Source of the DNA: Octopus sinensis
Taxonomy: Eukaryota
Direction of reading: 5' to 3'
DNA length: 64,000 nucleotides
Assembly: GCF_006345805.1 (NCBI RefSeq)
Contig: NC_042999.1
Span: 56,916,001-56,980,000 of the forward strand
Part shown: in pieces, positions 1 to 14,370 of the stretch
How the letters are laid out: every line of letters begins with the position of its first letter
Numbering within the stretch: position 1 is the stretch's first letter
Program-made: the position numbers and the translations under genes
The notes under the pieces: model-generated
What the model was told of the DNA's origin: nothing
Databases searched by the model: none
Seen by the model: only the letters and a program-made list of their open reading frames with translations

Positions 1-301
1 ACTATCCGACTCGTGGCCGATGCCAGCACCGCCTCGACTGGCTTCCGTGCCGGTGGCACATAAAATACACCAATCTGACCGTGGCCGTTGCCAGCCCCGC
101 CTGGCACCTGTGCAGGTGGCACGTAAAAAGCACCCACTACACTCACGGAGTGGTTGGCGTTAGGAAGGGCATCCAGCTGTAGAAACATTGCCAGATTAGA
201 CTGGAGCCTGGTGCAGCCTTCTGGCTTCCCAGAACCCCGGTCAAACCGTCCAACCCATGCTAGCATGGAGAACGGACGTTAAACGACGATGATGATGATG
301 A

Positions 302-303
<2 letters not shown>
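1..303 (+). mobile_element. 3' UTR/tail of RTE-clade LINE (element continues upstream of window)
   Basis: Matches the reverse complement of the 3' UTR of the RTE copy at 51815-53598; ends ...aacccatgctagcatggagaacggacgttaaacgac(gat)n, followed by (TA)n. Confidence 0.85.
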
Positions 304-350
<47 letters not shown>

Positions 351-628
351 CATACTTATATATATATCAGTTGGTAAAGAATAAATGATTACTGATTTTA
401 CACTAAGCTGACACATTTGTATTATGAAACCATCCAAATACACACACACACACACACATACACAGGAACTCGAATGGTACATCAGTGTTCACAAGTGAGC
501 CAACAGACTTGTCACAATATGGACTTTCAGAGTGAATGATGAGTCTCAGACTTGTAGGTGTCAATTTCAGTTTGCTAGTCAACCTAACTCAAGCTGGAAA
601 TAGATGGATACATGGACATAAAGAGCAA

Positions 629-665
<37 letters not shown>

Positions 666-674
666 TAATGATAA

Positions 675-896
675 TAGTGGTTTGAAATTTTGGCACAAGG
701 TAAGCAGTTTTTGAGGGAAGGTGTAAGTCAATTACATTGACCCCAGTACTTGACTGCTAAATATTTTATTGATTCCAGGAAGATGAAAGGCAAACGTTAG
801 CCTTAGTGGAATTTAAACTCAAGATGTAAGAATGGATAAAAAAACTGCTAAGCATTTTGTCTGGCATGCTAACAGTTCTGCCAGTTCACCACCTTA
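675..896 (-). mobile_element. tRNA-derived SINE, family F (abundant)
   Basis: Reverse complement has the family head (gaactggcagaactgttagcatgcc), a degenerate B-box (gagtttaaattcc) and core (ctttcatct...agtactggggtcaat); flanked by (AAT)n on both sides. Confidence 0.75.
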
Positions 897-945
<49 letters not shown>

Positions 946-948
<3 letters not shown>

Positions 949-1320
949 CCTTAACCAGTTGAGCATGTCTCTTAGTGGCTGACGATATGTACATCTCTAA
1001 TCCCAAGCAGAAGTAGTGGGGAAGCATCATAGCCATGTGCTGAGAGGAATTCTTTGGGGTTAGGATAATTCACCTTTGGAAACATGGGTGTGTCATTCAA
1101 CATCCTTAAACAACCTTTATTCGGGGTCATTTTAAGTGGGATGGGCTACACAACCTGAAGAAAATTCTAACTGGGTTTCACATCCAAGGTCATATACTTT
1201 TAATCTTGATATAAGATCACCATGTTGCGCACATATGGTTGCGATGCATGTGCCTGGTGTACCCTTATCAGATAGGTAGTCATGATGGGTATACTGGTCT
1301 TTGTATATTTTACCCCACTC
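946..1320. mobile_element. Unclassified non-coding interspersed repeat (family E), 5'-partial
   Basis: Colinear with the reverse complement of 56935-57455 (ccttaaccagttgagcatgtc...catgatgggtatactgg...cactca); flanked by (AAT)n. Confidence 0.7.
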
Positions 1321-1339
1321 AGTAATAATAATAATAATA

Positions 1340-2232
1340 GTCTGAAAAATTATGTTGTACACAGTAAAGAAAGAATACTATTGGCAGCCAATGATACCCA
1401 AAAAGTAACTGAAACAGTAGGAGAATTGAAACCAAAAAGGAAACAACAGAACCAACAAATGGAAAGAACCACATGACCATTTCATACAAGAAACCAAGAT
1501 GATTGGAATTAAAGATTGCTGGCTCTGGTTGATGGACATAAATTTTAAATGAGAGACAAAAATGCTAATTTTTATTGCTAAGGAACAAACCTTTAAAAAA
1601 AATTTGATAAAGACAAAGATCAATAAAAGTTATTCAGGTAGTTAATGTAGATAAAAGCATCAATCACCTTTTGACTGAGTGCAGTATACTAAGAGATAAA
1701 GAGTATAAGTGCAGACATGACTGTAGGCAACAGAGTGGATTAGGTCATTAGCTGGGTGTGTGGCTTCAAAACAACAGAAAAGTGGTATGAACATGAACCA
1801 GAGGCTGTGATAGAAAATGAGAGTTACAAGATCTTATGGGATTTCCCCATAAAGATTGACCATATTATTGAAGTGAGAAGACCAAATATGATTGTAGAGG
1901 ACAAAATAAACTAACAATGTAAGATCATAGATTTTGCATTTCGCTATGATACCAAAGAAATTGAAAAAATTGAGAAGAATCAGGATCTAGCCAGAGAGTT
2001 GTGGAGACTGTGGAAGACCAAGACAACAATTATTTCTGTGGTAATTGATGCACTTAGCACAACGCCCAAAACGCTACCTAAAAGACTGAATGAAATTGGA
2101 ATTAAAACTTGTATTGTTGACCCTCAGGAAAGTACCATCTTATATTCTGTAAGAATCTTAAGAAAGATTCTTAAGATTTTGAGGAGACTTGTCACCAAAT
2201 GTCAAGATAAAATAGCTGCCAACAAAATTAGC
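1340..2232 (+). mobile_element. Degraded Dong/R4-clade non-LTR retrotransposon, C-terminal region (CCHC knuckle, RHD motif, restriction-like endonuclease)
   Basis: Frame-corrected translation: ...SINHLLTECSILRDKEYKCRHD...KWYEHEPEAVIENESYKILWDFPIKIDHIIEVRRPNMIVEDK...CKIIDFAFRYDTKEIEKIEKNQDLARELWRLWKTKTTIISVVIDALSTTP...ILRKIL; stops and frameshifts present; (AAT)n on both flanks. Confidence 0.8.
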
Positions 2233-2285
<53 letters not shown>

Positions 2286-2340
2286 TATAATAATAGTAGT
2301 AGTAGTAGTAATAATAATAATATAATAATAATAATAATAA

Positions 2341-2388
<48 letters not shown>
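2233..2388. repeat. (AAT)n microsatellite
   Basis: Direct reading; source of the poly-Ile tail in ORF 1999..2325. Confidence 0.95.
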
Positions 2389-2604
2389 CCTTTATACTAT
2401 AGGCACAAGGCCTGGATTTTTGCGGTAAGGGGGCCAATTAATTACATTGATTCCAGTGTTTGACTGGTACATAATTTATTGACCCTAAAAGGATGAAAAG
2501 CAAAGTCGAACTCATTGTAATTTGAACTCAGAATGTAAAGACAGACGAGATGCTGCTAAGCATTTTGCCCAGTGTGCTAACGATACTGCCAGTTCACTAC
2601 CTTA
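2388..2604 (-). mobile_element. SINE family F
   Basis: Family head, B-box (tctgagttcaaattac) and tail (ggccttgtgcctatagtataaagg) on minus strand. Confidence 0.8.
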
Positions 2605-2825
2605 ATAATGATGACGATGATGATGCTGTTTTCTGATTTAGGCACAAGACCACCAATTTTAAGGGGAGGAAGTCAATTGGTACCACTGACCTCACTTGCC
2701 TGATACTTTATTTTAATGACCATGAAAGAATGAAAGGTGAAACTGATCATGGTAAGAATTATACCCAAAATAAAAAGAGTCATAGTAAACAACATAAATA
2801 ATTCTTTTCCAACAATCTAATGATT

Positions 2826-3056
2826 TTTATTTCTGTATTGCCCACAAGGGGCTAAACATAGAGGGGACAAACAAGGACAAACAAAGGGATTAAGTTGATT
2901 AGATTGACCCCAGTGCATAACTGGTACTTAATTTATCGACCCCGAAAGGATGAAAGGCAAAGTCGACCTCAGCAAAATTTGAACTCAGAACGTAACAGCA
3001 GACAAAATACCGCTAAGCACTTCTCCTGGCATGCTAATGTTTCTGCCAGCTCGCCA
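2826..3056 (-). mobile_element. SINE family G (F head/core with alternative 3' tail)
   Basis: Same head/core as family F, but tail reads ttaatccctttgtttgtccttgtttgtcccctctatgtttagccccttgtgggcaatacagaaat. Confidence 0.8.
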
Positions 3057-3679
3057 CAGAATCTAATGATTCTATCAACTTACTATATTGATAATCCCTT
3101 CTATCAAAGACACAAGGCCTCAAATTGGAGGGGGTGGGATAGTCGATTACATCGACCCCAGTGTTTCACTGGTATTTATTATTAAATAAATAGCAATTTC
3201 TTATATTTTTCATGAGGGGCATTGCAAAAACAACTTTGGGATTTTCACAGAATTAAAGAAAGAAAACTAAAAACAAGCATAGAAAACAAAACTAAAAGAA
3301 GGAATAGACAAAGATGTCCTAATAGGGGACTTATCACATTAGAACGAACAAGGAATCCTACAAATTTAGGATTACCCTGACTCTAAAAGGCAAGTACCTT
3401 TTCCTGGCAGGAATATGTTGAGAGGACATTCATTCTACTGAGCCATTGTCACCATTCTCTTCCACCTTTGAGAAAATTCACAGGAGAACAGCATGTTGCT
3501 CTCCAACCTTATCTTCTTCTTCTAGGTGATGAGGGCTTAGCTAATGAGGAAAGTATTTGTCCTTAGTTCTTTCAACCTTATTCACTGTACAACCTTCCAC
3601 ATTTTAGCAAATGCCATATGCAACCTAGACACTTCATGCTGAATCTGCACTGACTTAATGAACAGAAACCTTGAAAAAG

Positions 3680-4070
3680 GTTTGTTTACCAACCACATGG
3701 TTCCGGGTTCAGTCCCACTGCGTGGCACCTTGGGCAAGTGTTTTCTACTATAGCCTCGGCTCGACCAAAGCCTTGTGAGTGGATTTGGTAGATGGAAACT
3801 GAAAGAAGCCCATTGTATATATGTATATATATATGTATGTGTGTGTATATGTTTGTGTGTCTGTGTTTGCCCTTCCGCCCAACATCGCTTGACAACCGAT
3901 GCTGGTGTGTTTACGTCGCTGTAACTTAGCGGTTCGGCAAAAGAGACCAGTAGAATAAGTACTAGGCTTACAAAGAATAAGTCCTGGGGTCGATTTGATT
4001 TGACTAAAGGTGGTGCTCCAGCATGGCCACAGTCAAATGGCTGAAACAAGTAAAAGAGTAAAGAGTAAAA
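3680..4070 (+). mobile_element. SINE family B (tRNA-like head, CORE-like ggcaccttgggcaagt motif, internal microsatellite)
   Basis: aaccacatggttccgggttcagtccc (B-box-like), accttgggcaagt, internal (TA)/(TG) tract, tail cagtcaaatggctgaaacaagtaaaagagta; many copies in the window. Confidence 0.85.
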
Positions 4071-4379
4071 GCGTGGGTCTCTTCAACAACAAAAGACACA
4101 GTCACTGTGTATATATCAACAGAACGTTATCAGAGTAGTAGAGTTTGGAAGAAGGCTAGAGAGTTACAGATTCAGCTGTTTGAAGTTCACCATTAAATCC
4201 TTGTAGTCATTAATGGTCTAAGATGCTATGTCATATTTAAGTGTTGGACCAATGCTTTTCCTCAAGATTATAATAATGATAATATTAATAATAATGATAA
4301 CAATAATGATGATGATGATAGGAGGAACTCAATTGATACACTGACCCTTACTCGCCTGGTATTTTATTTTATAGTCAAC

Positions 4380-4720
4380 ACAGCAAGCTACCAAGAGGTC
4401 TTTGTGCACTTTATGCTTTCATCAGCCAACAAGCTATTTGGTGATGCAAGATTTCTGTTCCAGTAAGGCTTGACGCCTGCACACAGTGCCAAAACTACCA
4501 CTGCCTGGTTTGCTTTTCATCACACCAATGTGCTCTCTTGACCAGTTAACTCAGCTGACTTGAAACTGATAGCGAATTAATAAACTTGTTTCCACCCAGC
4601 AAACAGGCAGAGCTGAAGGCGGCTTTTAGGTCTCCATCACACCAGAGCCATGTCACAGTTTGGCTTCCTCTAGGCCATGACATTTTCAGGCATATTCTGG
4701 TGCCCATAGAAGCTCCAACA
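4380..4720 (-). mobile_element. Possible highly degraded LINE 3' ORF fragment
   Basis: Minus-strand frame LKMSWPRGSQTVTWLWCDGDL resembles the RGRP-x-TW...DL end of RTE-type ORFs; weak. Confidence 0.3.
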
Positions 4721-5199
4721 AAGAACTAATTCACATACTGTACACACTTTACAATTTGCGATAAACTTGCTTTACTATAGCTTCAGGTTGACCAAAGCCT
4801 TGAAATGGATTTCATAGATGGAAATTGAGAGAACGAAACGGTAATATGATGTAAACGAAGAAGGGTGTGACTCAGTGAGTGATGCAGATGGCCATTTCAA
4901 TAACAAATAAAATCCACCCAACAAATTTCTTCACTGCTTCTATCAACACAGTTTTCACTAAGAAGGTCAAGGCTGACTCGAGGCTATGGCTCTACTGTGT
5001 GACTGAACAAAAGACCTTGTGATTGCAAAGCAAACCATTTAGCCATTTGACCATGCCTGCTATATAGAATCCCACTTCTCAAACAAGCCTACTTTGTTCG
5101 TAATTGCAGGAGAGATAGCATTTCAGGTTTATCATGATGTAATACTAACTTAGTGATCGCTGGAATCTAATGATCAGATAAGAACAGATAGGGAAATGA

Positions 5200-7100
<1,901 letters not shown>

Positions 7101-7850
7101 ATAGAGAGAGATCCGAATGAAAGGAAGATTTGAGTGGAGATTGTGTAGAAGAGTTAGTTACTGGGTGAATTTAGATTATCTTTGGCCAATTGATAGAGAA
7201 TTCTGCCAGACAAGAAAGTTAACTGTACTAGCAAGATAAGGAATAGTCTGTAGATAAAATTATAAGGAACTCTTATCATCGTCTACTGCATCTCTGATAA
7301 CTATTGAGCCAATGAAGGACCAGTTAGGTGGTCTTTTGACCTTGAGCAAACAGCAGCCTAAATATCTGAAATTCTCACCATATTGTGTCTTAAGAAAGTA
7401 AGTGCACATGCCATAATGTTCCCCTAAATATTGATAACAAGATGGGATGGCTTTCCTTGGAATGCTTTTGATCGTAGGTTTGCTTGACTAGGGTTAACGA
7501 TATATAATTAATCCTCTTAGTATCCTGTGCTACTGCATACAAGAGCTCTTGGTCCTCCCTGCCTCCTCTCATCTAGCAGTTTGATCAAATGGGAACAGAA
7601 GTGCTTGGGTGAATGTTCTGGTTGCCATATTGTCACGTCACATGTCATACGCAAGCCATGTCATACACAAGCACACACAAACACACACACACAGACACAA
7701 ACATACACACACATACACATGTATGTATAGCTCATTTGTGGTGGTTGATGCCTGAGCTTGCAATATACCAAAGCTTAAGGTATAATATTAGTTTTGCAGT
7801 TTACTTATAGAATAGTATAATATAAACTACCTATTTTCTACTTGAGTGAA

Positions 7851-8145
7851 GGCGCATGGCTCAGTGGTTAGAGCATCGAGCTTACGATCGTGAGGTTGTG
7901 AGTTTGATTCTCGGACCAGGCTGCGTGTTGTGTTCTTGAGCAAGACACTTTATTTCACTCAGCTGTAGAAATGAGCTGTATCAGCCCCTTTGCCTTTCCC
8001 TTGGATAACACGGTGGTGTGGAGAGGGGAGGCTGGTATGCATGGGTGACTGCTGGCCTTCCATAAATAACCTTGCATGGACTTGTACCTCGGAGGATAAC
8101 TTTCTAGGTGCAATCCCATGGTCAGTCATGACCGAAGGGGGTCTC
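7851..8145 (+). mobile_element. tRNA-derived SINE, family C
   Basis: ggcgcatggctcagtggttagagc (A-box), gagtttgattc (B-box-like), gtgttcttgagcaagacacttt core, tail catggtcagtcatgaccgaaggggtctc; second copy at 27801-28139 on minus strand. Confidence 0.85.
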
Positions 8146-8187
8146 CATTTTCTACTTGCATCAGTTTCAATAATGAATGCTCATTAA

Positions 8188-8399
8188 CCCATTTGTTACC
8201 ATATTTCTGTTGAAAAACACTGCCTTTGTTTTTGTTAATTTTAGAAATTTGGGGAAGAATTTAGTAACTCTGTTGTTTTTAAGTGGTATTTGAAACATAA
8301 ATAAATTTTGACGGAAGATTTCAATTTAGATGTACCTTAAAACAGAAGGTTTGTATCATAGGATCTGAAGTGGTCTTGGGCAGGTTGGTATTAAAAGAG
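8188..8399. mobile_element. piggyBac-type MITE
   Basis: TTAA at 8184-8187 and 8400-8403; imperfect TIRs (cccatttgttacc / ggtattaaaagag). Confidence 0.55.
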
Positions 8400-8422
8400 T
8401 TAATGAAGAGTTTACCCCAGAG

Positions 8423-9420
8423 CAGGGGTCAGTGAACCAGGGAAAATTACCCTAAGTGGGGTGAAAATGAAATTCTTGTGGGTAATGAGGACTCATTAGA
8501 CATAAGTAAAATTATATAAAAAATGTGTTCCTTGTTATGACAGAAATTTTTCTCCTAGCAACACTGCATCTGTCTAATGTAATGGATGTGTTTAGGAGAT
8601 GTCATGTCATTTTGAACTACAAGCAATTTGGTAGCTAAAACATTGCCAAGTGACTAAACAGATATTATTTGTCAGTTATCTCTTGCGTGCCATAACCTTA
8701 TATTTTGACACATGTTTTTGGTTTGATTAAGTAGATTTAAGTAGTTATTCAATTCAACCCCAATTGGACCCCAAAGAATGTATCTAAATTGCTCTGGCAT
8801 CAAAATACCCCAATTTTGATGTAATTGTAACAAAAATGAAACATCATTTCTCCAAAACCCTAAGTGAAAAAGTTTCTAGAAAAATCCTTTTTTTTTAATG
8901 AGGATATTAATTTATTTTATCACATTTATTTTATACATTTTATATTTATAATTATATAACATTCACTCTATGTTGACTGATGATACAGTATGGACGGATT
9001 TTTGAAGTTCAATGATACCCTACACACATATTTGGTTATGAAGATTTACAAACATACTTTCTCAGTGAGACTCGATATACCTACCATTATGGGTAATACC
9101 AAATGTACCTTTCGGATTTTTCATAATGTGACGTAAGTCTTTGGTATAGTAATTGCGTGCGGCTGAAGAGAGCTTTAAACCATCCTTTATGTCGATTATA
9201 CAATGATGTAAGAATAGGTCATTTTATAAAGCTTGAAACACATGTACCGCGACATCCTTTGTGTTCTGTTTTTGATTTCGTTTATAATTATATAAATAGA
9301 TTCAATAAACCTTCTGACATCAGAGAATATATGATTTTCTTCCTTTTAAATCAAGGGGAAAATGTCAGCATAAATAAATGTATTTTGGGGTAATTGGTTA
9401 AAAATGTTCCCTGACCCTTG
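8423..9420. mobile_element. Non-autonomous hAT (Charlie/Buster-like) element
   Basis: TIRs caggggtcagtgaac / gttccctgacccttg (13 of 15 match); 8-bp flanks ccccagag / ctctagag, the latter matching the NTCTAGAN Charlie target preference. Confidence 0.7.
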
Positions 9421-9449
9421 CTCTAGAGGAGTAGGTAAAGGACCTATAT

Positions 9450-10092
9450 CAGTGGTTCTCAGTCAGGGTCCATATAAAATTTTGTTGTTAAAATTTATGT
9501 GTAATAAACTGGTTATATTTCTACAACACAAAATATTTAAACATTTCGCAGGAGTGGCTGTGTGGTAAGTAGCTTGCTTACCAACCACATGGTTCCGGGT
9601 TCAGTCCCACTGCATGGCACCTTGGGCAAGTGTCTTCTACTATAGCCTCGGGCTGACCAAAGCCTTGTGAGTGGATTTGGTAGATGGAAACTGAAAGAAT
9701 CCCGTTGTATTTATGTATATACATATATGTATGGATGTGTATACATTTGTGTGTCTGTGTTTGTCCCCCCACCATTGCTTGACAATCAATGCTGGTGTGT
9801 TTACGTCCCCGTAACTTAGCAGTTTGGCAAAAGAGACTGATAGAATAAATACTAGGTTTACAAAGAATAAGTCCCGGGGTTTTTGGTTGACTAAAGGTTG
9901 TGCTCCAGCTTGGCCGCAATCAAATGACTGAAAGAGTAAAAGAGTACAATTCCTAATAATAATAATAATAATAATCATAATCATAAAAATATAATAGGAT
10001 TTCTTAAACATCAAATGGCCTTGAGAATCCCTGCACTTGAGTAAAATAGGAATCAATGGGGTCCATAAGGAAAAAATGGTTGAGAACCATTG
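9450..10092. mobile_element. hAT MITE with nested SINE B
   Basis: TIRs cagtggttctca / tgagaaccattg; 8-bp TSD acctatat / atctatat (7 of 8). Confidence 0.75.
9548..9946 (+). mobile_element. SINE family B, full length
   Basis: gcaggagtggctgtgtggtaagtagcttgc head through aaagagtaaaagagta tail. Confidence 0.9.
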
Positions 10093-11049
10093 ATCTATAT
10101 TATAGAATTGCAAAGTCACATGTTAAACCTTTGTGGTATTTGCTCCTATCACAGAAGCAGTATTCAGAGTATGTGCTCAATGTAAAGACACAATTGCATT
10201 GAACTCAAACTGGGCCTCATAACTCAGCCAATGAAATCATTTCCTATCCTTCTCTGCATTAAGTTCATACATAAGTTCATACATAAATCATACATTAGAC
10301 ATAGCTAGAACGGTGTTCTCTTAATACATCATTGTAATTTTATCGCCTGGTAATTTCATCACAAGTCAATGCATCATCACTAAGTTCATTGTCAGGCTAT
10401 GTACACATCAGTAAATTCATTATCTTTGCTTTTTATCCCCAGAGTATCAACATAAATATTTCTATTTGTAGAGTAAATACATTATATTTAATCATCACAC
10501 ATGCGTGTCCTGGAAATACAAATGCTCTTGTATATATTATTAAATAAACCCAGAATATAGTTCACAAGTATGTAGAAACACTACCACTGACAATACATGT
10601 CCCACTGATTTAATGTCATCAAAATTAACTCTGGCAGTGTATCAAAGACATAATTAAGAATGTGTGTGTGTGTGTGTAAACTAGTGATTAACCTGTTGGG
10701 AATCTATGACCATCAATACAATTGTTTGCAAAATGCAAATTATAATATAAAAGTAGGCATAAGAATAACTACCTGGCAGTAATTTGTTCCTCTATTTTAA
10801 CTTAGACAATTCCTCCACATGGCTGAATATTATCCAAACTGAAGCATTCTATGTATTACTCTGATTTTTGCCATTCACTCTTCAGGTGTCCTCTTTTTAT
10901 GTCTCATGCCAACAAGGTTGGATATTGTATATTTAACTACAAACTATTATACAAGATTCATGTAAATATAATGTATTCCACACTCAAGCCCCATCATTTT
11001 TGACATGTATCACATTTGTTATAAAATAGGGTTACATTGTTGGTGCAGT

Positions 11050-11660
11050 TGAAGCCCACAGTTGCACACGAAGACAGAACTGCAAAGAAACAAAATTTAT
11101 TGACTTACAGAGCCAGTAACAATGGTGATATTGAAACTGGTATCAAAACCATTGAAATGGCAAAACTGCAGTAGTATTCCAGAGAATTTGTGTTATCTGG
11201 TCTACCAACACCATCAGCCTTTACACAAAGATCTAACTCTATAACAGCATAGTTCTACCAACAGTTCTCTATGTCAGTAAAATGTGGAAGAGCACCAAAG
11301 ATGTTTGAGAAAGATTTTGAGAACATACAGGTAACACTACAGAACCAATGAAAGACATTTTAAAGAGAGCTAACTGAAGATCATGGAAGTGAAATCATCA
11401 CATAATAAATATTAAACTAGCAGAACACATAATTCAAGCTACCTGAAGAATACTATTCTAAAACAGCTTCCAAATGGACACCACCAGAAAGGAAATGAAA
11501 GACAGGAAGACCAAAATCTACATGGTGTAGAACATTCATAATCCACATGAAAGAGGCCAATACTGTGGCCAAATGCTGAGAAAAATTGCAGCTAATGGAA
11601 ACAAGTGGCGTCAACTTGCTGCTCAATGTGTTTGAGAGCATAAGAAGAACTGAACTAAAT
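11050..11660 (+). mobile_element. Old degraded RTE-type LINE 3' fragment (different family from the young RTEs)
   Basis: Translates to remnants such as IWSTNTISLYTKI*LYNSIVLPTVLY and KWTPPERK*KTGRPKSTWCRT, typical of the RTE thumb and C-terminus. Confidence 0.6.
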
Positions 11661-12479
11661 ACCACTTAGATCAGTGAGCTTTTCAATTCTGTAGTATATA
11701 CCTTTATGAATTGCTAGACCGGGCTGTTGGGAAGTATCTTGGCCACAGACACAATGCAGTGAACTCAGCTTAAAGATCCATTAAAATCTGAGATAAAACA
11801 AAATGAATGATGACTAAGGAGAAATATATTAAACATATTTTTGATTTTGAAATTTTTACATGCTTTTAGCTCTGATTATTGCCTGTAAAAGACCTCCAGG
11901 GATTTTGGAAAACAGAATATGTTAAATATATATTGTTAGTTACAGAAAATGTTTCTTGTATTCTCTAATGACTTTTAAGTATGATTTGTTTAAGATAGAG
12001 CAACGGAAGGAAGGTAAACAGTATAAGAACTGTAACAGGGGAGAAATGGTTGTGAAAAGTATAGATTACGAAAAACATATGCATACACTGAGGAGAAAAG
12101 TTGGCAAGATTAAGTATATCAGCTTTCATTTAGTTTTTATAATGATCTTAAGTTGTCAAGTTTACTTTATACACACATGAATACATATACTTAACAAAAA
12201 TTATGCATGTATATGTATACATAAACGTATAAGTACATATACATACATTCACAGAAGTACATATATACATATATATACATGAATCTATCTGTCCCTTACT
12301 CACTCTCTCTCATCATCATCATCATCATCATCATTTAACGTCCGCTTTCCATGCTAGCATGGGTTGGACGGTTCAACTGGGGTCTGGGGAGCCCGAAGGC
12401 TGCACCAACCAGTCAGATCTGGCAGTGTTTCTACAGCTGGATGCCCTTCCTAACGCCAACCACTCCGAGAGTGTAGTGG

Positions 12480-14370
12480 GTGATTTTATGTGCCACCGAC
12501 ACAGGTGCCAGACGAGGCTGGCGAACGGCCACGTTCGGATGGTGTTTTTATGTGCCACCGACACAGGTGCCAGACGAGGCTGGCGAACGGCCACGCTCGG
12601 ATGGTGTTTTTATGTGCCACCGACACAGGTGCCAGACGAGGCTGACGAACGGCCACGATCGGATGGTGTTTCTTACGTGCCCACAGCACGGAGGCCAGTC
12701 GATGCGGTACTGGCTACGGCCACGTTCGGATGGTTTTCTTGTGTGCCACCGGCACTGGTACCACAAAGATACAAATTCCATTGATGTTCATCTATTTTGA
12801 TTTGATTTGATTTGATTTGATTTGATTTTCACTTGCCTCAACAGGTCTTCACAAGTGTCACAAGAAGGAAGGAAGGTATGCACAGGTGAACTGACAACGT
12901 CCCAGGTAGGAGCCACGGGTTATGGCCTGACTAGTCTTGTCGGGTCTTCGGATGATGTTTTTATGTGTCTCCGACACAGGTGCCAGATGGATGGTGTTTG
13001 TTACGTGCCCACAGCACGGAGGCCAGTCGATGCGGTACTGGCTACGGCCACATTCGGATGGTTTTCTTGTGTGCCACCGGCACTGGTACCACAAAGATAC
13101 AAATTCCATTGATGTTCATCTATTTTGATTTGGTTTGATTTGATCACTTGCCTCAACAGGTCTTCACAAGTGTCACAAGAAGGAAGGTATGCACAGGCGG
13201 ACTGACTACGTCCCAGGTAGGGGCCACGGGTTATGGCCTGACTAGTCTTGCCGGGTCTTCAGATGGTGTTTTTATGTGCCACCGACACAGGTGCCTGATG
13301 AGGCTGGCGAACGGACATGATCGGATGGTGTTTGTTACGTGCCCACAGCACGGAGGCCAGTCGATGCGGTACTGGCTACGGCCACGTTCGGATGGTTTTC
13401 TTGTGTGCCACCGGCACTGGTACCATAAAGATACAAATTCCATTGATGTTCATCTATTTTATTTTGATTTTCACTTTCACTTGCCTCAAAAGGTCTTCAC
13501 AAGTGTCACAAGAAGGAAGGTATTCACAAGTGTCACAAGAAGGAAGGTATGCACAGGTGGACTGACTACGTCCCAGGTTGGGGCCACGGATTATGGCCTG
13601 ACTAGTCTTGCCGGGTCTTCGGATGGTGTTTATATGTGCCACCGACACAGGTGCCTAGTCTTGCCGGGTCTTCGGATGGTGTTTTTATGTGCCACCGACA
13701 CAGGTGGCGGATGAGGCTGGCGAACGGCCACGATCGGATGGTGTTTGTTACGTGCCCACAGCACGGAGGCCAGTCGATGCAGTACTGGCTACGGCCACGT
13801 TGGGATGGTTTTCTTGTGTGCCACCGGCACTGGTACCACAAAGATACAAATTCCATTGATATTCATCTATTTCGATTTGTTTTGATTTTTTTGATTTTTT
13901 TTTTTTTTTGATTTTCACTTGCCTCAACAGGTCTTCACAAGTGTCACAAGAAGGGAGGTATGCACAGGTGAACTGACTACGTCCCAGGTAGGGGCCACGG
14001 GTTATGGCCTGACTAGTCTTGCCGGGTCTTCGGATGGTGTCTTTATGTGCCACCGACACAGGTGCCAGATGAGGCTGGCGAACGGCCACGATCGGATGGT
14101 GTTTGCTATGTGCCCACAGCATGGAGGCCAGTCGATGCGGTACTGGCTACGGCCACGTTCGGATGGTTTTCTTGTGTGCCACCGGCACTGGTAACAAAGA
14201 TACAAATTCCATTGATGATCATCTATTTTATTTTGATTTTCACTTTCACTTGCCTCAACAGGTCTTCACAAGTGTCACAAGAAGGAAGGTATGCACAGGT
14301 GGACTGACTACGTCCCAGGTAGGGGCCACGGGTTATGGCCTGACTACTCTTGCCGGGTCTTCTCACGCAC
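12480..14370. repeat. Tandem array of RTE 3' UTR: five ~330-410 bp units plus ~59-bp subrepeats
   Basis: acaaattccattgat recurs at about 12771, 13101, 13433, 13845 and 14203; each unit includes ctagtcttgccgggtcttc, the last ORF codons. Confidence 0.9.

Noticed and set aside
7851-7925. tRNA-like sequence (also 24580-24651, 28070-28139, 53893-53965)
   Set aside because: Continues directly into SINE core and tail, and acceptor and anticodon stems do not pair properly; SINE heads rather than tRNA genes.
12480-14370. Regularly recurring gtgccaccg motifs superficially resembling a CRISPR array
   Set aside because: Intervening sequences are themselves repeated, there are no cas genes, the context is eukaryotic, and the units are RTE 3' UTR.
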